DNA from: Planctomycetota bacterium
Lineage (GTDB): Bacteria > Planctomycetota > Phycisphaerae > Phycisphaerales > UBA1924
Length of the DNA stretch: 64,000 bases
Direction: 5' to 3'
NCBI GenBank assembly: GCA_038747915.1
Contig: JBCDJJ010000003.1
Location: 19,740-83,739, forward strand
Position numbers and translations under genes: made by a program. Below the pieces are notes generated by a model. That model worked only from the letters and a program-made list of their open reading frames with translations, was not told where the DNA came from and did no database searches. This document shows positions 57,265 to 64,000 of the stretch, one piece after another (position 1 is the first letter of the stretch; every line of letters starts with the position of its first letter).

Positions 57265-58596
57265 CTAGTTGTCTCCGCACACACTCCCGAAGGCGACTAA
57301 GACGCTGAAGAAGTCGCTCACGCCGACGAACCCATCGCCGTCGAGGTCGGCGCCGTCGTTGGGCGGCTCTGCTGGCGAGCCGAAGGCGACCAGCATCATG
57401 AGGAAGTCTTCCGCATCGACAAAGAGATCGCCGTTTGTGTCGCCGGGGCAACGCGGCCCGAGACTCGGCGTGCGGTTGAGCGCCGGATAGGCCTGGAGCG
57501 CGGTCGAGGTCGTTGCGATGAAGTCCGGCAGGCCATCCGCGTCGAGGTCCGGCAACGACACATCGAAGGTGCGCTCGGGTGTTGTGACCTCTTGAACAAC
57601 CAGCCCATCCTCGGCATTGCGAAGCAGTGTGTACCCTTCCTCACCCGCCAGACTCACCACCAGGTCGGGGCGGGTGTCTTGGTCGAGGTCGACAACGCGC
57701 ACTCGTGTCGGCTGCTGGCCGACGAATGGGCGGCCCTGTGAGATGAGTGCGCCATTCTCATCGGCATCGAAACGCTCGATCGAGCCGGCAGAGTTGAGTG
57801 TCACCACGAGATCGTCCCGCGCATCGCGCGAGAGGTCCGTCGCCATCAGGTGCCGCGGTCGTCGTCCCGTTGCGAGCGACTGTGACTCGCTCGTGAACAC
57901 GCCGGCGCCATCACCGAGCCAGATCGACACTCGATCCGTCAGCTCGCTCGAGATCGCGAGGTCATTCACCTCGTCGCGGTCGAAGTCGCCGATCGCGATG
58001 CCAGCGGGTGTGATCACGCCGGTGATGGTCGGCTCGAGAGCCAGCGTGCCGGTGCCGTCGTTGAAGGCGATCGCGAAGCCGGCGAGGTCGATCAGCGTGA
58101 CCGCCAGATCGATCGACCCGTCGCCGTCGAGGTCGCCCGCAGCGATCGCGGTAGGCACGCCGGGCAGCTGAATCTGCTGAATGAAAAGGAGGGTGTCCGC
58201 CTCGGTCCGCTCGAGAATCATGATCCGCTTGCCCGCGGCTGTGATGACGACCAATTCGGACTGCCCGTCACCATCCACGTCGGCGGCGATCGCAGCGGTC
58301 GGCATCGCGCCGAGGGCGAGCGATGGAAGTACCGACACGCCCCCGGAGCCCGTCGCCAGCATCGGCCCCACCGCAGAGAGCGATGGGTGCATCACGGCGA
58401 CCAGGTCCGGCCGGCCCGGGGCCACGAGCACGGGCGCATCGCCGCCCGGCGCGAGCGTGTTGATGTTCGGCTGATGGACGAGGGTGAACGGGTCCTGTGC
58501 GCACACGATCGCGCTGCCGAGACAAGCGGCGAGCACCAGGCACACCAGGATGCGAGCCTTGGGGCGTTCCACGCGCGGCTCTCCTCCGCGCGACAA
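57265..58596 (-). CDS. FG-GAP/VCBS repeat secreted protein with a C-terminal dockerin-like Asp-rich segment
   Basis: Signal peptide. Repeated DxDGDG motifs (DVDGDGQSELVV, DLDGDGSIDLAV). C-terminus DTNGDLFVDAEDF...DLDGDGFVGVSDF. Confidence 0.6.
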   Translation of the reverse strand: MSRGGEPRVERPKARILVCLVLAACLGSAIVCAQDPFTLVHQPNINTLAPGGDAPVLVAPGRPDLVAVMHPSLSAVGPMLATGSGGVSVLPSLALGAMPTAAIAADVDGDGQSELVVITAAGKRIMILERTEADTLLFIQQIQLPGVPTAIAAGDLDGDGSIDLAVTLIDLAGFAIAFNDGTGTLALEPTITGVITPAGIAIGDFDRDEVNDLAISSELTDRVSIWLGDGAGVFTSESQSLATGRRPRHLMATDLSRDARDDLVVTLNSAGSIERFDADENGALISQGRPFVGQQPTRVRVVDLDQDTRPDLVVSLAGEEGYTLLRNAEDGLVVQEVTTPERTFDVSLPDLDADGLPDFIATTSTALQAYPALNRTPSLGPRCPGDTNGDLFVDAEDFLMMLVAFGSPAEPPNDGADLDGDGFVGVSDFFSVLVAFGSVCGDN

Positions 58597-58756
58597 TCGC
58601 GCGGCCGTCTCCGACGGTACGGCGAATCATCGACCGAGTGGGCACGAGATCCCCAGTCACGGCGCCCCACCCCTCGAGATGCGCCGGATGTGCCCCAAGG
58701 CCGCGTCCGAGAATGCCCGCAGCGTCCGAAAACCACCGCTCGGTACACTCCACGCC

Positions 58757-59509
58757 ATGATCGGCAGAGAGAGACGGAGCCGGAGAAACGCAGCCTGCGG
58801 CTTGGCCCTGTGCGCCGGGGCGGCGATCGCCCAGCCCGACCCGACGCCACCACCAGTCGAGCCTCCGCCACCCGTGATCCCGGCGCCGCATCCAACACTC
58901 ACCGAGGTGATGTTCAACGTACCCCGCGGGGCCGAGGGTGATGCCACCGGCGATGGCTCCCGTGACGCAGCGGGCGACGAGTTCGTCGAGCTCTACAACC
59001 CGCACGACGAGCCGATCGACCTCCGCGGGTACACCCTCACCAACTGGCTCACGACCGACGATGAGAAGGAGAAACGAGGTGTGCGGTTCACCTTCCCGAG
59101 GTTTCGGCTCGGCCCGGGCGAGACCGTCGTCGTGTTCAACGGCGTCGAAAGCCGCATCGGCGGAGCCGTTGGCTCGCCGGCGCGCGCCCCGCGTCAACCC
59201 AACGCGAGTTTCGGCAGCGCCTGGGTGTTCCGCATGGGCAACACCTCGGCGAACAACTCGTTCAACAACAACTCCGATTTCGTGTTGCTCACCTCGGCCG
59301 ACGGCGAGCCGATCGAGGCCGTCGCATGGGGCAACACGACCTGGCCGCAGATCGAGGAGGCGCTGCGGATCGCTGACGTCGGCAAGAACCCGGGGGGCTC
59401 CGCCGTGCGCACGGACGTGAACAACACCGACATGTGGCCGCACGTCGATGTGGATGGACGGACCTTCTCGCCGGGCGAGCAGGTGAGTGAGGTGGTCAGC
59501 GGCCCGTGA
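58757..59509 (+). CDS. Lamin-tail-domain (LTD) secreted protein
   Basis: Signal peptide, then EFVELYNPHDEPIDLRGYTL (LTD signature). Confidence 0.65.
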   Translation: MIGRERRSRRNAACGLALCAGAAIAQPDPTPPPVEPPPPVIPAPHPTLTEVMFNVPRGAEGDATGDGSRDAAGDEFVELYNPHDEPIDLRGYTLTNWLTTDDEKEKRGVRFTFPRFRLGPGETVVVFNGVESRIGGAVGSPARAPRQPNASFGSAWVFRMGNTSANNSFNNNSDFVLLTSADGEPIEAVAWGNTTWPQIEEALRIADVGKNPGGSAVRTDVNNTDMWPHVDVDGRTFSPGEQVSEVVSGP

Positions 59510-59688
59510 CCACGAAGGAACTCAACACCGCTGCTGCTCCAGGACGAACGCGTCGTGATGTCCCCCGTATCGGCTCTCCAGCGTCGCGCTGATCTCTCTA
59601 TCCTTTGGTGACGACGACCTCCCCGCTGAAGCACGACTCGACGTCATCGGGTTCGGAGATCCGCGTTTTTCCGGCTCGGCCCGGGTTC

Positions 59689-59871
59689 TCACTTCCGCTT
59701 GATCTTGTGCAGCGTGTGCTTGCGCAGCCGCGGGCAGTACTTGCTGAAGCCGTCCTTGAGCTTCTCGTCGATCCCGCCCTTGACGTTGATCGAGGTGCGG
59801 TAGTTCAGATCGCCGGTCTCCGAGCACTGGAGCCAGACGTACTCGCGGGCGTCGCCCTTCTTCTTGGCCAT
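59689..59871 (-). CDS. rpmG: 50S ribosomal protein L33
   Basis: [32 protein letters not shown]... Confidence 0.85.
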   Translation of the reverse strand: MAKKKGDAREYVWLQCSETGDLNYRTSINVKGGIDEKLKDGFSKYCPRLRKHTLHKIKRK

Positions 59872-59981
59872 GGCGGTAGTCCTGTGGTCGGGCGCCGAGC
59901 CCCTGATGTGGGCGGCGCAGCGTGCGGTGAAAAACGCTCGCGCCCGCGGTCGAGCGAGCGCGAGTGGTGGGTGGACTGGGT

Positions 59982-61184
59982 TTACTCGACGATCGCGGTC
60001 ACCACGCCCGAGCCGACCGTGCGGCCGCCCTCACGGATGGCGAAGCGGAGGCCCTCTTCCATGGCGATCGGCTTCTCGTTCAGGTCCACGGAGATCGTCA
60101 CGTTATCGCCGGGCATGCACATCTCGGCGCCGCCCTTGAGCTCGACCGAGCCGGTCACATCGGTGGTACGGAAGTAGAACTGCGGCTTGTACCCGGTGAA
60201 GAACGGGGTGTGGCGACCGCCCTCTTCCTTGGTCAGCACGTAGATCTCGCCCTCGAACTTGGTGTGCGGCGTGATCGAGCCGGGCTTGCAGAGCACCTGC
60301 CCACGCTGAACCATGTCCTTCTCGATGCCGCGGAGGAGCGTGCCGCAGTTGTCGCCGGCCTGGGCCTCGTCGAGCGTCTTGTTGAACATCTCGACACCGG
60401 TGATGGTCGTCTTCTGGGCTTCCTTGGTCAGACCGATGATCTCGGCCTCGTCGCCGACCTTGAGCGTGCCACGCTCGACACGGCCGGTGGTCACCGTGCC
60501 GCGACCCTTGATCGAGAACACATCCTCGATGGCCAGCAGGAAGGGCTTGTCGGTCTCACGCTCGGGCTCGGGGATGAAGTTGTCGAGCGCATCGAAGAGC
60601 TCGTCGACGCCCTTCGACGCGGCATCGTCGGTCGGGTTCTCCATCGTGGCCTTGGCCTGCACATGCACCACCGGGCAGTCGTCGCCGGGGAATTCGTACT
60701 TGTTGAGCAGCTCACGGACCTCCATCTCGACGAGCTCCAGGAGCTCCTCGTCGTCGACGAGGTCGACCTTGTTGAGCGCGACCACGATGTAGGGCACGCC
60801 CACCTGGCGGGCCAGCAGCACGTGCTCGCGGGTCTGCGGCATCGGGCCGTCCGCAGCGGACACCACGAGGATCGCACCGTCCATCTGGGCGGCACCGGTG
60901 ATCATGTTCTTCACGAAGTCGGCGTGGCCCGGGCAGTCCACGTGGGCGTAGTGCCGGGTGTCGGTCTCGTACTCCACGTGCGACGAGTGGATCGTCACCG
61001 TCTTCGAGGAGTCGCGGACGGTGCCGCCCTTGGTGATCTCGGCGTAGCTCTTGATCTCGCCGCCGTGCTTGGCCGCCGAGCGGGCCACCAGGGCCGCGGT
61101 GAGGGTGGACTTGCCGTGGTCGATGTGACCGATCGTGCCAACGTTGACGTGGGGCTTGGTGCGCTCGAAGGTGCCCTTGGCCAT
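59982..61184 (-). CDS. tuf: Elongation factor Tu
   Basis: [32 protein letters not shown]...[28 protein letters not shown]. Confidence 0.95.
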   Translation of the reverse strand: MAKGTFERTKPHVNVGTIGHIDHGKSTLTAALVARSAAKHGGEIKSYAEITKGGTVRDSSKTVTIHSSHVEYETDTRHYAHVDCPGHADFVKNMITGAAQMDGAILVVSAADGPMPQTREHVLLARQVGVPYIVVALNKVDLVDDEELLELVEMEVRELLNKYEFPGDDCPVVHVQAKATMENPTDDAASKGVDELFDALDNFIPEPERETDKPFLLAIEDVFSIKGRGTVTTGRVERGTLKVGDEAEIIGLTKEAQKTTITGVEMFNKTLDEAQAGDNCGTLLRGIEKDMVQRGQVLCKPGSITPHTKFEGEIYVLTKEEGGRHTPFFTGYKPQFYFRTTDVTGSVELKGGAEMCMPGDNVTISVDLNEKPIAMEEGLRFAIREGGRTVGSGVVTAIVE

Positions 61185-61346
61185 GAGAGTTGCCTCCGCC
61201 GGCCCAGCGCCGGCTCGATGCTCAATCGTGAACCGTCAGGCAGGCCCCGCTCGAACGTGTCGAGGGCGAACGCTTGCCAGAACGAAGTGTGCGACGCCGC
61301 CCGAACCGTTCGGGTCGGCTCCAAGAAACGGCGGACAGGCCGCCAC

Positions 61347-61418
61347 AGCCATCGATGGGACTTGAACCCATGACCTCACCCTTACCAAGGGTGTGCTCTA
61401 CCACTGAGCTACGATGGC
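61347..61418 (-). tRNA. tRNA-Thr (anticodon GGT)
   Basis: Reverse complement GCCATCGTAGCTCAGTGGTAGAGCACACCCTTGGTAAGGGTGAGGTCATGGGTTCAAGTCCCATCGATGGCT. Anticodon loop TT-GGT-AA. Upstream of tuf, as in thrT-tufB arrangements. Confidence 0.8.
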
Positions 61419-61586
61419 AGCGCCGGACCCACCGCCCGGGCGGACCGAAGAGCGTAGTGGAGGCGGCAAGAGGCGACAAGTCAAGTCACGCGCGGGTCCG
61501 ACCCCCATCAGTCCCCAACCATCAACGCGATGGCACCGGCCCACTCCCGAGGACCACACCGGGCCCGCTCCGCTACCGTCTGAATC

Positions 61587-62063
61587 ATGCAGATTCTCTT
61601 CATCGTGATCGCCATGGCGGTGGGGGGGCTGCTGCCCTTCCAGGCCGCAGCGAACCGGGCCTTCGGCCTCGCGGCGGGCAGCGGGTGGTACGCCGCCATC
61701 TGGAATTTCGTGCTCGGCGGCACCGCGCTCGTCGCCATCACGCTGGTGCAGCTCAGGTCCGGCACCATCGCCAGTGGGCCCGACATCTCCGGGCTCCGCA
61801 CCGTGCCGTGGTGGGGCTGGCTCGGCGGCCTGGTTGGGGCCACGCTGGTGTTCACCGCGCTCAGTCTCGTCCACCGCATCGGGGCGATCGCGCTGCTTGG
61901 CGCGCTCGCTGCCGGACAGATCATCAGCGCCGCCATCGTCGACCACTTCGCCCTGGTGAACGTGCCAGAGCGATCACTCACGCCCGGCCGGCTCCTGGGG
62001 CTGGCCCTGCTGCTCGGCGGTGTGATCGTGTTCGCGTTGTCGGATCGCGCCGGCGAGGGCTGA
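61587..62063 (+). CDS. DMT-superfamily small membrane protein (DUF606/YdcZ-like)
   Basis: 158 aa, about 5 TM helices: GLLPFQAAANRAFGLAAGSGWYAAIWNFVLGG. Confidence 0.55.
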   Translation: MQILFIVIAMAVGGLLPFQAAANRAFGLAAGSGWYAAIWNFVLGGTALVAITLVQLRSGTIASGPDISGLRTVPWWGWLGGLVGATLVFTALSLVHRIGAIALLGALAAGQIISAAIVDHFALVNVPERSLTPGRLLGLALLLGGVIVFALSDRAGEG

Positions 62064-62084
62064 TGCGCTCGCCGGATTGAGTGT

Positions 62085-63842
62085 TCACTCCGCGGTGGTG
62101 ACCCGAGCCCGCGGGTCATCGCTCACCAGGTGATTGAGCATGGTGCCGATGAGTGCAGCGGTCTGCGCCTCGTCGGCGCCGTTGCCGGGCGTGGCGCCAT
62201 CGCCCACGACCATCACGCTCGGCGTGATGTTCACACCGCGCTCGCCCACAACCTTGAGGAGTTCGATGACCGCCGCGTTGCCCGAGCCGATCTGCTCGGC
62301 GATCAGGCGGAACGCCTCGGCCTGGGCGGTGGCTGCGATCTCGATCGACTCCGCCTCCGCCTGGGCCGCGATGATCCGCTGCTGTTTGGATTGCTCGGCG
62401 ATCTGCACCTCGTACTGGGCGGTCGCGAGGCGGCGTTCTTCCTCGGCTTCCTGCTCGGTGCGCGTCAGCGCTTTGCGTTGTTCCGCGGCTCGCTGCTGTT
62501 CCTGGAAGGTCACCTGCTGCTGAAGGGCGATTTCGCGGTCCCGCTGCGTCTTAAGCAGCTCGCCCAGTGTTTCTTCGTTGCCGACATCGCCGATGCTGAC
62601 GCGGTTAATCGTCACGCCGACACGCGCCATCTCGTCGGCGATCATCACGAGCGACTGCCGCTCCTGCTGGGAACGTTGATTGACGTAGTCGAGGGCCTTG
62701 ACGCTCTCGGCGTTGTTCCGGAAGACGCTTCGCACGACCGAGTTGAGCTTGCTTAGCACCTTGGCCGACGAGCTGCCGTAGTTCGCCACCACGATCGGCG
62801 CATCCTGCGGCCGGATGCGGTACTCGATGCGCACATCGACCGGGAACGTGAAGCCATCACTCGTGCGGACCTCGATCGGTCGTGCTTCGGAGGTGAACGT
62901 GCGCGACCTCGGATCGGCTCGATCCGCGAACGCGTCGCGTGATGCTCCTGCCGCGGGTGCGCTGGTCGGCACCCGCCCTCTCTGATCAAGTTCCCTGACG
63001 CGCGGTGTGCCCCTCACACTGACCGCATCCTCGACGACGACCCCGCCGGCGTTTGCATTCGCCGTAAATCGCACGATGGTCTCGCCTGTGAAGACCATGG
63101 TGACCGCGAAGGCCAGCGGGTTGAGAGGGTGTTTGCCCTTGGAGAGAGGGATCGCACGAATACCCTTCTCGCCCTCGTCTGCAAGGATCACGCTCTCGCC
63201 ACCGTCGACAGGGACTCGCTCGATAGATGGAGCGCCACCAAAGTTTGCGCCCACAACAGCGACGAATGCTTCGGGCACATCCACGGCATCTGCAATGCTC
63301 ACCTTGAAGAGTTCGGTGTTGATGCGGTGCTTGCCAGGTGTTAAGACATTTGATTGCGGTCCTTTCCGACCCATTCCCTCGGTCAGGAAGTACACCGGGT
63401 CGTTGATGAACCGGCGGAACTCCTCCGGAGAAACCTCGGGCGCAAAGAGCTGCCCGGGCTCGAGCGGTAACCCATCGCGTGCTTCGACCAAGCCCACCAT
63501 GTCCTGCGGGATCTCGATCAGCGGCACGGTGTTCACATCGAACAGCACCGGCCACAGCCAGAAGTGCCACCCGGGTGACAGCACATTCGCCTGGATGCCC
63601 ATCTCTCCGGCCGTCGCGATGATCGCTCCGCCCTCGAGCCGCGGCCCGAGCGCGTTCTTGCGGACCAGGCCCACCTCATCGGCACCCACATACCGCACAG
63701 AGCTGAGCCCGACGCCGGCGAACAGGACGAGCAGCGCAAGAACGCCGCCCGCTGCCCGGACCGATTTCTGCGGCACCGAGGTGGTCAACGCCACCACGCC
63801 CGCGGCCAGAAACACACCGACAATCACGGAGATCCAACCCAT
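62085..63842 (-). CDS. SPFH/band-7 (flotillin-like) membrane protein
   Basis: N-terminal TM, then SPFH core and a long Ala/Glu/Gln coiled-coil: QQRAAEQRKALTRTEQEAEEERRLATAQYEVQIAEQSKQQRIIAAQAEAE. Confidence 0.75.
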   Translation of the reverse strand: MGWISVIVGVFLAAGVVALTTSVPQKSVRAAGGVLALLVLFAGVGLSSVRYVGADEVGLVRKNALGPRLEGGAIIATAGEMGIQANVLSPGWHFWLWPVLFDVNTVPLIEIPQDMVGLVEARDGLPLEPGQLFAPEVSPEEFRRFINDPVYFLTEGMGRKGPQSNVLTPGKHRINTELFKVSIADAVDVPEAFVAVVGANFGGAPSIERVPVDGGESVILADEGEKGIRAIPLSKGKHPLNPLAFAVTMVFTGETIVRFTANANAGGVVVEDAVSVRGTPRVRELDQRGRVPTSAPAAGASRDAFADRADPRSRTFTSEARPIEVRTSDGFTFPVDVRIEYRIRPQDAPIVVANYGSSSAKVLSKLNSVVRSVFRNNAESVKALDYVNQRSQQERQSLVMIADEMARVGVTINRVSIGDVGNEETLGELLKTQRDREIALQQQVTFQEQQRAAEQRKALTRTEQEAEEERRLATAQYEVQIAEQSKQQRIIAAQAEAESIEIAATAQAEAFRLIAEQIGSGNAAVIELLKVVGERGVNITPSVMVVGDGATPGNGADEAQTAALIGTMLNHLVSDDPRARVTTAE

Positions 63843-64000
63843 CGCCAGCTCCTCTCGCCGTTCTGAGGTTCTTGGGGGTACGGGTTGTACCCGCCTGGCT
63901 CTTCGGAGGTTGGGATGTCGGGTTTCACACCACGCGAACGGCGCACAAAAACGCCCCAGTTGAGGCTGGGGCGATCATCGAGGTCGGTGGCGGAGGCATC

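Noticed and set aside
59872-59981. Looked for tRNA-Trp between tuf and rpmG (common arrangement)
   Set aside because: The 110-nt spacer has no recognisable cloverleaf, T-loop or anticodon stem.
59964-61373. 469-aa plus-strand ORF
   Set aside because: Antisense to tuf, and runs over the tRNA-Thr.
62130-63963. Plus-strand ORFs 62130..62756 and 63007..63963
   Set aside because: Antisense to the SPFH/flotillin-like gene.
1-64000. CRISPR arrays, IS elements/transposases, integrases
   Set aside because: No regularly spaced direct repeats and no transposase or integrase-like ORFs detected on either strand.

Overview
High-GC (~65-70%) bacterial chromosomal window. It looks Planctomycetota-like (inference): two DUF1559/H-X9-DG 'prepilin-type N-terminal' proteins, a lamin-tail-domain protein, PEP-CTERM and FG-GAP secreted proteins, and many secreted glycoside hydrolases. 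Housekeeping genes at the edges are RNase E/G (partial, runs off the 5' edge on the minus strand and is absent from the ORF track), ptsI, rho, coaD, tuf-rpmG with an upstream tRNA-Thr, and a tRNA-Ala. There is a carbohydrate-utilisation neighbourhood: GH16, GH38, GH13, an MFS sugar porter and two LacI regulators. The centre (about 20.9-40.4 kb) is the interesting part. It holds a large gas-vesicle (gvp) locus: gvpA, two novel repeat proteins in the GvpC position, gvpN, gvpF/L (two copies), gvpG, gvpK, gvpJ, and an un-called small GvpA-family gene. This locus carries atypical embedded components: a tandem two-domain ArsA/Get3-like ATPase, a full-length CDC48/VAT-type double-ring AAA+ ATPase, an Hsp20, a zinc-ribbon protein and several unknown ORFs joined by ATGA overlaps. 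A divergently transcribed orphan CheA-like kinase (HPt-kinase-CheW, long acidic N-terminus) lies upstream of the cluster. Immediately downstream is a photoactive yellow protein (PYP) operon with its chromophore-biosynthesis genes (4-coumarate-CoA ligase and tyrosine/histidine ammonia-lyase) plus two unknown co-operonic proteins. Together this reads as a candidate light-sensing buoyancy module. A roughly 90-nt structured palindromic element is also present in two convergent intergenic regions. No CRISPR array, transposase or integrase was seen.
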